NCBI GenBank assembly: GCA_044070495.1
Contig: JBIPSI010000005.1
Location: forward strand, 96,001-160,000
Length of the DNA stretch: 64,000 nucleotides
Source: Spirulina sp.
GTDB taxonomy: Bacteria; Cyanobacteriota; Cyanobacteriia; Phormidesmidales; Phormidesmidaceae
Reading direction: 5' to 3'
The notes beneath the pieces were generated by a model that saw nothing but the letters and a program-made list of their open reading frames with translations, had not been told where the DNA came from and ran no database searches. Of the stretch, positions 20,156-29,040 are shown one piece after another (the stretch's first letter is position 1; each line of letters opens with the position of its first letter). The translations under genes and the position numbers were made by a program.

Positions 20156-20217
20156 GATCCGATCCTTCGTGAGGCGTGCAGGGCAGCAGATAAGGGAAGG
20201 CCGCTAGGGCCATGGGC

Positions 20218-20544
20218 TTAGCCAAACAGGCTGGAGAAATCGTCCAGGGTGAGATCATCGCTGGGGGCGTCGTTGGCCGGGGTGGGTGCCTCGAGGGGCG
20301 CAATGGGAACCCCAATGGTGGGCTTGCCCTCCCAGGCCATCATCTCGAAGAATTGGCTTACCGTTAGAGTGAGGGGGGACTCGGCGGTTCCTGGGCTGGC
20401 GGCACTGGCGGGGCCAGCGGAGGAAACCTGGTGGGTCGGCATTCCACTCCAGGGTACGCCCTCAAAAAAGGCCTGGACGGTCTCGCGCAGCCAGGGTTGG
20501 GTGCCCTTATGGCCATTGGTGGCAGTGAGGGTTGCGGATATCAT
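20218..20544 (-). CDS. Hypothetical protein, Slr0145-like
   Basis: Repeated TVxxFFxxxxWxG motif; acidic TLDDFSSLFG end; 4-bp overlap with upstream V4R gene. Confidence 0.7.
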   Translation of the reverse strand: MISATLTATNGHKGTQPWLRETVQAFFEGVPWSGMPTHQVSSAGPASAASPGTAESPLTLTVSQFFEMMAWEGKPTIGVPIAPLEAPTPANDAPSDDLTLDDFSSLFG

Positions 20545-21224
20545 GCGCCACCTTCCCCAGCCCGCAGGCGCTTCTCAATGTCACGGGCGTTGGCCCCTTC
20601 ATTCATCCAGAAGGCGGCGGCGTCGATGCGTTCGCGACCTCCTAGCAGGAATTTGCAGTAGGTTTCGCCCATGGAGTAGCACTGAATTTCAATGCAGCTC
20701 AGTTGCTTGCGCACCATTTCGGTGAAGAATCCGGCGAACAATCCGGCATAGATATGGCACACAGGCTTACCCACATCCCCTAGGGTACGGGCCACGGCGG
20801 AGTCAAACAGGTTGATGAACATGAACCCCTGCTTGCGGTCGCTCATGTCTACCTCCCAACGGCCCCAGCCCTGGGAAATGTAGGGCCACCACCAGGTTTC
20901 TAGCAGAAACATCAGGTTGGCCCGTCGGGGGCTCATGGAAAACTCCTTCTCAAACCAGGTTTCAAACTGGAGGGAGTCGAACTTGCCCCACTCTAGGCCC
21001 ACGGTGTACATGATGGCGGAGGAGGCATCCCCCACCTCCTCCTGGAGCCCCTCGAGTAGACCAATGATGAAGTCTTCACTGGTCAACACATTGCGGGTGT
21101 CGTTCCAGTCGGTGATGGTGCCGTAATCGGTGTTGAACTGGAAAAAGTCCTTGAGGGCATAGTGATTATGCTTCCTCGGAAGTTTTTGGTGCAGACGATG
21201 GGCTGTCTCTGGGGTCATAACCAT
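20541..21224 (-). CDS. V4R domain protein, Slr0144-like
   Basis: HNHY..DFF, QGWGRW, KPVCHIYAGLFAGFF, CIEIQCYSMGETYCKF. Confidence 0.9.
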   Translation of the reverse strand: MVMTPETAHRLHQKLPRKHNHYALKDFFQFNTDYGTITDWNDTRNVLTSEDFIIGLLEGLQEEVGDASSAIMYTVGLEWGKFDSLQFETWFEKEFSMSPRRANLMFLLETWWWPYISQGWGRWEVDMSDRKQGFMFINLFDSAVARTLGDVGKPVCHIYAGLFAGFFTEMVRKQLSCIEIQCYSMGETYCKFLLGGRERIDAAAFWMNEGANARDIEKRLRAGEGGA

Positions 21225-21727
21225 GGTCTATCAAGCCTTGAAGGTTTCTCACTGCTATAAGTAATGTGCCCACGCTAGGCCAGAATTAACAGGGTTTTTA
21301 ATCAATGTTGATGCTAAGGGTTAGCTTCCCCTTGTCGCCAATCACCTAGACTGAGGGAGATCCAGCGATCCCCGCCCATCCCGTCCGCCATCGGCAGACA
21401 CAAAACTTATTCCGAATTCCCTTGGCCCTGCGCTGACCCAGGGCAATTTGGCATGGTTGAGATACCCCTAGCCCCCTAGATGACCCTAATGGCTAAGGCT
21501 AGGTCTGCGGGCTAAGGAAACCTTAGCTCTGGATCCCATCGCCCTGGCCGCAACAAAACTTAAACCCTTCTGGCCCACGGGAATCGTGCAGTCGTAGTAA
21601 TCTGTTGAACGTGGAAGTCAACCCTATTGAGGTTCTCGCTCGGTTCTTGTTAGTAGAACAAGGCCAAAAAGGGGTTTGGGCCTTAATAGATTGTCATAAA
21701 TACTTGGTTTTCAAGAGGGCATTATTT

Positions 21728-21934
21728 ATGGTTCAACGCGGTTCTAAGGTTCGGATTCTCCGCAAAGAGTCCTACTGGTATCGGGATGTGGGTACCGTGG
21801 CCACCATTGACCAAAGCGGCATCAAGTATCCCGCCGTGGTTCGCTTTGAAAAGGTGAACTACTCTGGCATCAACACCAACAACTTTGCACTCTCTGAACT
21901 GGAAGAAGTGGAAGCGCCCAAGGCGAAGAAGTAA
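21728..21934 (+). CDS. psaE: Photosystem I subunit IV PsaE
   Basis: [18 protein letters not shown]...[13 protein letters not shown]; start at ATG 21728. Confidence 0.97.
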   Translation: MVQRGSKVRILRKESYWYRDVGTVATIDQSGIKYPAVVRFEKVNYSGINTNNFALSELEEVEAPKAKK

Positions 21935-22107
21935 GCCTATCCTCTTGGACAACGCCACGCTCTGACGGTTATCCCATACACGCCCCTGCTGTCCACCCTC
22001 TACCCCACGCTTGACCCTTGGTCTCGGTGGGGCTGAGTAAGGGTTGCAGGGGTGTTGTGTTTTGGGGCTAGGATCAGCCTACTGTGCGTTGTTTGTTGGA
22101 GACCCCT

Positions 22108-22956
22108 GTGCCCGAACTGCCCGAAGTTGAAACTGTCCGCCGTGGGCTCAACCGTGTCACCCTCCATCGGCCCATCGTCAACGGTGATGTCTTACTGGCC
22201 CGCACCCTGGCCCATCCCCCCAGCCCAGAGGCGTTTTGGGCCGGATTGATCCATACCCACCTCACCGATTGGCAGCGCCGGGGTAAATACCTATTAGGAC
22301 AGTTGGCGAACGGAGAGGGAGAATCGGCGGGCTATCTGGGGGTTCACCTGCGGATGACCGGGCAGTTGCTCTGGGTCGAACCGGCGGAACCCGTGCCCAA
22401 CCATTGCCGGGTCAGAATCTTTCTCGCAGACAACCACGAACTGCGCTACATCGACCAACGCACCTTTGGTCGCCTGTGGTGGGTGCCGCCCGGTCAGGAT
22501 CCAGCCTCGGTGATCACCGGACTGCAAGCCTTAGGGCCAGAACCCTTTGATAAGGCGTTTTCCCCGGCCTACCTCAAAGCACGCCTTGCCCGCAGTCACC
22601 GCCCGATTAAAAACGCGCTGTTGGATCAATCCCTGGTGGCGGGTATTGGCAATATCTACGCCGACGAAGCCCTCTTCCTCAGCGGCCTGCGCCCCACGGT
22701 TTTGTCCCATCAGATTGGTCTTCGCCGCCTGACTAAGCTCCACGAAGCCATTCTCCAGGTACTCACCACCAGCATCGAATCCGGCGGCACCACCTTCAGC
22801 GACTACCGGGATATCTACGGCATCAACGGCAACTATGGCGGCGTGGCCTGGGTCTACGACCGGGAAGGACAGCCCTGCCGCGTCTGCCAAACCCCCATTC
22901 AGCGCATCAAGTTGGCGGGGCGTTCGGCCCACTATTGCCCCCAGTGCCAGCGGTAG
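22108..22956 (+). CDS. mutM: Formamidopyrimidine-DNA glycosylase
   Basis: PELPEVET, RRGKY, HLRMTG, GIGNIYADE, C-terminal zinc finger; GTG start at 22108. Confidence 0.97.
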   Translation: MPELPEVETVRRGLNRVTLHRPIVNGDVLLARTLAHPPSPEAFWAGLIHTHLTDWQRRGKYLLGQLANGEGESAGYLGVHLRMTGQLLWVEPAEPVPNHCRVRIFLADNHELRYIDQRTFGRLWWVPPGQDPASVITGLQALGPEPFDKAFSPAYLKARLARSHRPIKNALLDQSLVAGIGNIYADEALFLSGLRPTVLSHQIGLRRLTKLHEAILQVLTTSIESGGTTFSDYRDIYGINGNYGGVAWVYDREGQPCRVCQTPIQRIKLAGRSAHYCPQCQR

Positions 22957-22958
22957 GA

Positions 22959-23219
22959 CTAGAGCTTGGCGCGAATGGTGAAGGAATAGTCTCCCCCTGG
23001 CTCCAGTTGGTAGTCACAGCGCTCCAAAAAGCGACTGAGGGGTTCGCAAATCAACGCTCGTCCTAGGGAGGGTTCAATGCGTAGCTGGCCCTGACGAAAG
23101 CGCCACTGAAACTGCCAGGCATAATCGCTAGCCCTCACTTCGCCCTCAATGCGACCCTGACTCCAGGACTGATGGGTAATACGCACGTAGGCGGTGGTTT
23201 CGGAGGGACGAGTAGGCAC
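22959..23219 (-). CDS. DUF3146 family protein
   Basis: ETTAYVRIT.QSW..G..EGEV, GRALI.EPL.RFLE..DYQLEPGGDY; probable GTG start at 23219. Confidence 0.8.
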   Translation of the reverse strand: MPTRPSETTAYVRITHQSWSQGRIEGEVRASDYAWQFQWRFRQGQLRIEPSLGRALICEPLSRFLERCDYQLEPGGDYSFTIRAKL

Positions 23220-23526
23220 GACGATTACACAGGGGCAAGGGGACGGGGTAGGAGGGCGTAGGGAATGCCAGGGCAGTGGTGAAAGTTCCTTTTCCATAGG
23301 TACCATACCTCTAGAGTAGAGAGCCTATGGTACGAATGCCGTGAACCTCGCTACAGCCCAGCCGAGCCTGGCGTAACGGATTTTTTGAGAACCGTTTAAT
23401 CCAAGACGAAAAAACGGTAGCCTAGGATGAAGCCCTATGGTCGGTTTACCGTGCCCAGCCTCACGCATGGGTGCCGCACACCGGAATGTCGGTGCTCTTT
23501 TTTTAGCTCAACGTTGGAAACTGCCT

Positions 23527-24444
23527 GTGCCCAAGGTCGGCATCATCTATAACGACATTAAGCCCGTTGCCCAGCAGGTTGCCCTAGAGTGGCAAGAAAA
23601 GCTGGAGGGGCAAGGGTTAGAAGTTGTCCTTGCCACCGGGGCCGGAGGCATCCTGGGCTACTCTAGCCCAGAGCGGCCCATGTGTCACACCCCCCTCGAT
23701 AGTTTGGTGCCGCCCCAGTTTGATGCAGACATGTTGTTTGCCCTGGTGCTGGGGGGAGATGGCACCGTTCTAGCCGCCTTTAGGCAACTGGCCCCCATTG
23801 GCATTCCGCTGCTCACCATCAACACCGGCCACATGGGCTTTCTCACCGAAGCCTACCTCAACCAACTGCCCCAGGCCATGGCCCAAGTGCTGGCGGGGGA
23901 GTACGAAATTGAAGAGCGATCCATGCTGGCGGTCAAACTTTGCCAGGGTGACGCCTTAATTTGGGAAGCCCTCTGCCTCAACGAAATGGTGCTGCACCGG
24001 GAACCCCTCACCAGCATGTGCCACTTCGAGGTTGGCATTGGTCGCCATTCCCCCGTAGACATCGCCGCCGATGGCATCATTATTTCCACTCCTACGGGTT
24101 CCACCGCCTACGCCCTCTCTGCCGGTGGCCCAGTGATTACCCCTGGCGTATCGGTGACCCAACTCATCCCCATTTGTCCCCATTCCCTGGCCTCGCGGGG
24201 GCTGGTCTTTCCCGATCACGAAGCCGTCAGCATTCATTCAGCCAACACCGACCCCCTGGTGATGATTGTGGATGGCAACGCCGGTTGCTACGTCATGCCC
24301 GGAGACTGGGTGAGCACCTGCCGCGCCCCCTACATGGCCCGATTTATTCGGCTGCGTTCCCCAGAGTTCTTCAAGGTGCTGCGGGAAAAACTGGGCTGGG
24401 GCCTACCCCACATCGCCAAACCCACCTCCGTTGAGTTGCCCTAG
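23527..24444 (+). CDS. nadK: NAD(+) kinase
   Basis: [39 protein letters not shown] start at 23527. Confidence 0.95.
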   Translation: MPKVGIIYNDIKPVAQQVALEWQEKLEGQGLEVVLATGAGGILGYSSPERPMCHTPLDSLVPPQFDADMLFALVLGGDGTVLAAFRQLAPIGIPLLTINTGHMGFLTEAYLNQLPQAMAQVLAGEYEIEERSMLAVKLCQGDALIWEALCLNEMVLHREPLTSMCHFEVGIGRHSPVDIAADGIIISTPTGSTAYALSAGGPVITPGVSVTQLIPICPHSLASRGLVFPDHEAVSIHSANTDPLVMIVDGNAGCYVMPGDWVSTCRAPYMARFIRLRSPEFFKVLREKLGWGLPHIAKPTSVELP

Positions 24445-24578
24445 CGATTCGGTTAGAGCTAAAAGATCCTTGCCGCGAAATACCGCCTTGCCTATTCCGG
24501 GTCAAGGCCAGTTGCAAAAACGGCTGAGCCGCATCATCCATTGCACACCTAGCCGTATCGTCTTTGGGTTAACTAGCC

Positions 24579-25319
24579 CTAGCCCAGCGTGGCCTTAAAT
24601 AGGTCTAGAGTGTGTTCCCAAGCATCCTTGGCGGCGGCGGCATTGTAGCTCTCGCGCTGGTCGCAGAAAAAGCCGTGGTCGGCATCGGCGTAGCGAAAAA
24701 TCTTGTGGGGAATTTCGCACTGGGTGAGGGTTGCTTCGATAGCATTTACTTCCTCTAGAGAAATCAGCGGATCCTTTTCGCCAAAGAATCCATAGACCGT
24801 GCCGCCAATCTCCCCCGTGCGGCTGAGGGTGGGGGCACCGCCGCCCGGAGTGCTATTCACAATACCCGCCCCATAGAACGCAGCCGTTGCCTTCACCTGA
24901 GACAGGGTTGCCGCCAGATAGGCCACATGGCCCCCAAAGCAAAAGCCCATGCAGCCCACCCCCACCGGGCGCACATTCTCCTTAGACAGCAGAAAATCAA
25001 TGGCCCCCTGTACATCGCTGAGCAATTCTTCGGCACGGGTGCCCATCTTATAGTCGCGCCCTTGGGCTAGGGCTTCCTCGGTGTAGCCCACCTCAAAATT
25101 GGGAGCTTGGCGATGGTAAATGTGGGGTGCAATGGCCACATAGCCCGCTGCGGCTAGGCGTTCGGTGACTTCGCGAATGTGGCTGTTTACCCCAAACACT
25201 TCTTGAATGACCACAACGCCGCCAAACATCCCCTCACGGGAGGGTTCAGCTAAATAGGCCGGAATTTGCAGATTGCCGCTAGTAATGGAAACGGTGGCGC
25301 TACGCACAAGGGAAGACAT
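24579..25319 (-). CDS. Dienelactone hydrolase family protein
   Basis: QEVFGVN, GFCFGG, HGFFCD motifs. Confidence 0.93.
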   Translation of the reverse strand: MSSLVRSATVSITSGNLQIPAYLAEPSREGMFGGVVVIQEVFGVNSHIREVTERLAAAGYVAIAPHIYHRQAPNFEVGYTEEALAQGRDYKMGTRAEELLSDVQGAIDFLLSKENVRPVGVGCMGFCFGGHVAYLAATLSQVKATAAFYGAGIVNSTPGGGAPTLSRTGEIGGTVYGFFGEKDPLISLEEVNAIEATLTQCEIPHKIFRYADADHGFFCDQRESYNAAAAKDAWEHTLDLFKATLG

Positions 25320-25500
25320 GGTGAATTGAGGAGGTGAGGAACATTCCCTACCTTACCGCTGGGGCCGAGGCAAATGTCAAAAATTATTGCGTTGCCCCAC
25401 CACACAGCGGCGAAGGCGGCGACTTTTGAAAGTTTCGTCCTAAATTAGCAGTACTGCCTGTGGATCAACGGGATAGTTCTCACCTGAATCTTCTCGCAGA

Positions 25501-25684
25501 GGGCTACTGCTTATACATAAGGCTCTATTGATCCCCCCTGCCCCCCTTAAGAAGGGGGGAACTAGAGGAAGGGTTGCCCTTTCTAAGAGGGAAGCTAGCG
25601 TCAAAGTCCCCCTTTCCAAGGGGGATTTAGGGGGATCTCCCAGGCTGTGGTTGAAGCAGTCAAGCCCTGTATAAGCAGCAGCCC
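25501..25684. mobile_element. MITE-like element with GC-rich hairpin core
   Basis: 17-bp TIR GGGCTACTGCTTATACA / TGTATAAGCAGCAGCCC (1 mismatch); internal GATCCCCCCTGCCCCCCTTAAGAAGGGGGG...GGGGGATTTAGGGGGATC. Confidence 0.7.
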
Positions 25685-25751
25685 AGTGGGAGAGGGGTTG
25701 GGGGTGAGGGCCAAGGAATCCCACAGCAGCCATTTAAGGGAGGTAAGTGCG

Positions 25752-26738
25752 GTGGTGCAGTTTCATATTCAACCCGATAGCGACATTCCCGCTTCGACCC
25801 AGCTCTACGACCAAATTTGGTTTGCCATTGCCTCCCGCCAGTATCCGCCGGGGTATCGGCTGCCCAGCACCCGCCAACTGGCCATGCACACGGGCCTGCA
25901 CCGCAACACCATCAGCAAGGTCTATCGCCAGCTTGAGGATGCCGGAGTGGTCGAGGCCATGCCGGGATCGGGCATCTACGTGCGAGAGCAGGGCGTGGGG
26001 GAAAGTGCGCGGCCCCAGTCGGCTCTGTGGGATGAGTTTCCCCAGGCGCGGGAGGTGGTGGAATCGGGCTTGGATGAATTGCTGCGCCAGGGCTGTTCCC
26101 TCAACCAGGCGCGGGAATTGTTTTTGGCCGAGATTGACTGGCGGCTGCGGTGCAGTGCGCGGGTGCTAGTGACGGTGCCCCACCAAGACATTGGCGCGGG
26201 TCAGTTGATTGCGCGGGAACTAGAGGCCGCTTTAAAAATTCCCCTGCAACTGGTGCCCCTCGAAGAACTCGATGTGGTGCTGGCCCAGGCTCGATCTGGC
26301 ACGGTGGTCACCAGCCGCTACTTCATCAACGAAGCCGAGGCCATCGCCGCCCCCAAATCTGTGCGCGTGATTGCCGTGGATATTTACGACTACAAAAAGG
26401 AACTCAGCCTGCTGAAGGACTTGCCCAAGGGCACCTGCCTGGGGATGGTTAGCCTCAGTACGGGCATTTTGCGCGCCGCCGAGGTGATCAGCTACAGCCT
26501 GCGCGGCGACGACATCCTGGTGATGACCGCCCAAACCGAAGACAGCTACAAGCTGGGGGCCGTGGTGCGTAGCGCCCAAACCATTGTGGTGTTTGACGAA
26601 GCTAGTTTGCCTGCCGTCAAAAAAAACATCACCGAGGCCCGCGAAGATCTGATCCGCCCACCCCACCTGATCGTCTGCGACAACTACATCGGCGAAAAAT
26701 CCATCAACCTGCTGAAGCGAGAACTAGGGTTGGACTAA
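25752..26738 (+). CDS. plmA: GntR-family regulator PlmA
   Basis: QFHIQPDSDIPASTQL, LPSTRQLA..TGLHRNTISKVY, EIDWRLRCSARVLVTVP, SINLLKRELGL; GTG start at 25752 or 25755. Confidence 0.9.
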   Translation: MVQFHIQPDSDIPASTQLYDQIWFAIASRQYPPGYRLPSTRQLAMHTGLHRNTISKVYRQLEDAGVVEAMPGSGIYVREQGVGESARPQSALWDEFPQAREVVESGLDELLRQGCSLNQARELFLAEIDWRLRCSARVLVTVPHQDIGAGQLIARELEAALKIPLQLVPLEELDVVLAQARSGTVVTSRYFINEAEAIAAPKSVRVIAVDIYDYKKELSLLKDLPKGTCLGMVSLSTGILRAAEVISYSLRGDDILVMTAQTEDSYKLGAVVRSAQTIVVFDEASLPAVKKNITEAREDLIRPPHLIVCDNYIGEKSINLLKRELGLD

Positions 26739-26900
26739 TACCTACGATTGCAATTTCTAATCCAATACATCTATCAAAAGGTAGATGTACGGTGACGTTT
26801 TATGACGGATTTGGGCACCTTAGAGGAGCGTCCCGCCATGGTTATAGGCGTCGCTTTTTCCTTGTCTTCTCCTCCCTTTTCTAAGTTCCCTCATTCCGCC

Positions 26901-27368
26901 ATGAACAAAGTTCTGATCGAATCCATCAAAGCGTCCGATGGTCGCTACCTCAGTGACATTGAACTGCGCCCCTTTGCCCAGTTTGTGGCCTCCTACGAAA
27001 CCCGCTTTACCACCTACGCTGTGCTCAAGGAGAAAGCCGAAACCCTGGTGCTAAGCAGCCTGCGTCGCCTGATGCAAACCCCTCACCGCAAGGTGATCAC
27101 CGACCATGGATCAAAATGTCAGCGGGATATGACCTATACCCTCCAGTGCATCGCCCAAGCCATCCTCATGGATGACTCCCAAGGGTTCATGGAGGACTAT
27201 GTGCTGTGGATGCAGAACATCACCCGCGCCCTCCACAAAGAAAACTCTGCCATCGATGCCTACCGTTCCCTTCAGCAGGAGGTGGCGGCTACCTTTCCCG
27301 CCGAAGGTGCCCTACTCATTAACAACCACCTCGACAAGCTCATCCAAGCCTTTAGCGACGGCCTTTAA
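26901..27368 (+). CDS. Globin-fold / phycobiliprotein-like protein, Slr0149-like
   Basis: ASDGRYLSDIEL and KCQRDM (allophycocyanin-like C.RD motif), AILMDD; start at ATG 26901. Confidence 0.75.
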   Translation: MNKVLIESIKASDGRYLSDIELRPFAQFVASYETRFTTYAVLKEKAETLVLSSLRRLMQTPHRKVITDHGSKCQRDMTYTLQCIAQAILMDDSQGFMEDYVLWMQNITRALHKENSAIDAYRSLQQEVAATFPAEGALLINNHLDKLIQAFSDGL

Positions 27369-27431
27369 TCCCTCAAAACGTGCCTGAGAATCGAGAAACT
27401 CGGAGGAGCAATCGGTCACAAACACGCTCTT

Positions 27432-27556
27432 TTGCCGAGATTCAGCCCTCACTCTAAATCCTTCTCCCACCTTGGGAGAGGGACTTTGAATCGCTTCTGG
27501 CTCCCCTCTCCTCCCTGGGAGAGGGGCTGGGGGTGAGGGCGGCTGAAACTTGGCAA
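27432..27556. repeat. GC-rich hairpin repeat element with 16-bp IR ends
   Basis: TTGCCGAGATTCAGCC / GGCTGAAACTTGGCAA; core is the reverse complement of the core at 32477-32594. Confidence 0.65.
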
Positions 27557-27683
27557 TCTACTGAATCCTACGACCGAGCCTCTATCAACCACCGAATTTG
27601 TTACCCCGTTGCATATTGTGTAACTAGCCCCTTGCTCCCCTAGCGATTCGCCATAGTAGAGGTGTCGCGTTGGGATATGGGCT

Positions 27684-28664
27684 ATGGCAACTTCCACAGG
27701 GCGTAGCGAATATCGACATCGGCGGCCCTCGGCCCTGGGCGTGGGGCTGGTGGGGCTGGTGCTGATGGGGGGCTGTGCGGGGGCTTCGGTGATGGAGTCT
27801 CCTGGCGAGGCCGTTAAAACCGAGGCTGATGGGTCGGGCTTGGTGGAAATGGATGCCGCCCGCCAAAGCGCCGCCCCCACAACAGAAGGGATAGCAGCCC
27901 CCCAGGCCGAAGACGTTGCTCCTGTACCGGAGACAGACGTTGGCCAAGCCGCGCCCCAACTGGTGAAGCGGGCCACCCTGGTTCTCACCCTCACCGACAT
28001 TGATGGGGCCATGGCCGAGGTGCAGACCGTGGTGCGCCGCGCCCAGGGCGATCTATTGCAGCTAGAAGATACCCGACGGCCCGAAGGCACTGCCCACCAG
28101 GTCTATATGGCCCTGCGGGTGCCCCAGGCCCAGCTTGAACCCACCCTGGCCGCCCTGCGGGAGTTGGGCACGGTGCAGTCCCAGTCCCTCAGTGCCGAGG
28201 ATGTGTCGTCGCAGTTGGTGGATCTGTCGGCCCGGATTAAAAACCTGCGCCAGTCGGAAGCCGCTCTGCAAAGCATCATGGAACGGTCGGGGGAAATTTC
28301 CCACGTCCTGGAGGTGGCGCGAGAACTTAGCACCGTGCGCGACTCCATCGAACGGCTAGCTGCCCAGGAACAAAACCTCAAGCGCCAGGTGGCCTATTCC
28401 ACCATCGACCTGACGCTGCAAAGCCCAATCACGGCGGTAACGCCCCTGCGCCCGGTCTCCGAAACCCTCGGCAACACCTGGCAATCCGCCACCCAATCGG
28501 TGAAAGCCTTCACCGTGGGCGGCCTCCAAATGGCCCTCTGGCTCTTGGCCTATAGCCCCTACTGGGTGCTGCTGGCGCTACTCATCTACGGTGGCTACCG
28601 GATGCGGACTCGACGGTCTGCCCCCGCCGCCGACAGCGAACCCAGCCCACCCTCGGTCAATTAG
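27684..28664 (+). CDS. DUF4349 domain lipoprotein
   Basis: Lipobox-like MGGC, LRVP, AEDVSSQLVDL.AR, VAYSTIDL, C-terminal TM. Confidence 0.85.
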   Translation: MATSTGRSEYRHRRPSALGVGLVGLVLMGGCAGASVMESPGEAVKTEADGSGLVEMDAARQSAAPTTEGIAAPQAEDVAPVPETDVGQAAPQLVKRATLVLTLTDIDGAMAEVQTVVRRAQGDLLQLEDTRRPEGTAHQVYMALRVPQAQLEPTLAALRELGTVQSQSLSAEDVSSQLVDLSARIKNLRQSEAALQSIMERSGEISHVLEVARELSTVRDSIERLAAQEQNLKRQVAYSTIDLTLQSPITAVTPLRPVSETLGNTWQSATQSVKAFTVGGLQMALWLLAYSPYWVLLALLIYGGYRMRTRRSAPAADSEPSPPSVN

Positions 28665-28674
28665 TCGTGATGCC

Positions 28675-29040
28675 CTACTCAGCCGAGGGTGCGTCCGAAG
28701 CTTGGGCGGGTTCGGCGGATCGCAAGGCCCGTAGTTCAGCCTCTAAACCTTCGATGCGCTGGAGCAGTTGTTGATTGGTTTCCATCATCTCCTGGGCGCG
28801 GCTGCTCAGGTAGGGGTCTGTTTCCCACCAGTTGATGCCGATTTCGCGGGCCTTATCCACCGAAGAAATCAGCAGCCGAATGCGGATGCTGAGGAGTTCC
28901 GTAGAACCCACGGAGATCGAGATATCGCCAGCGATGACGATCCCCTTATCCAGCACCCGCTCCAGCACATCCACTAGGGACGAACTTTGGGTGGCGGTGG
29001 TGATGCGAGCAGATTGGGGACGGGGGGCGGGGGTAGTCAC
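28675..29040 (-). CDS. gvpJ: Gas vesicle protein GvpJ
   Basis: [20 protein letters not shown]...[24 protein letters not shown] overlap with gvpN. Confidence 0.92.
   Translation of the reverse strand: MTTPAPRPQSARITTATQSSSLVDVLERVLDKGIVIAGDISISVGSTELLSIRIRLLISSVDKAREIGINWWETDPYLSSRAQEMMETNQQLLQRIEGLEAELRALRSAEPAQASDAPSAE

Noticed and set aside
25647..25751. N-terminal extension of PlmA, and similar extensions of tsaD, Anbu, psaE, nadK, the amidase and ispG in the ORF track
   Set aside because: Upstream in-frame starts run through repeats or intergenic DNA; family N-termini begin at the later starts used above.
27449..28090. 213-aa minus-strand ORF
   Set aside because: Antisense to the DUF4349 gene and ends in a repeat element.
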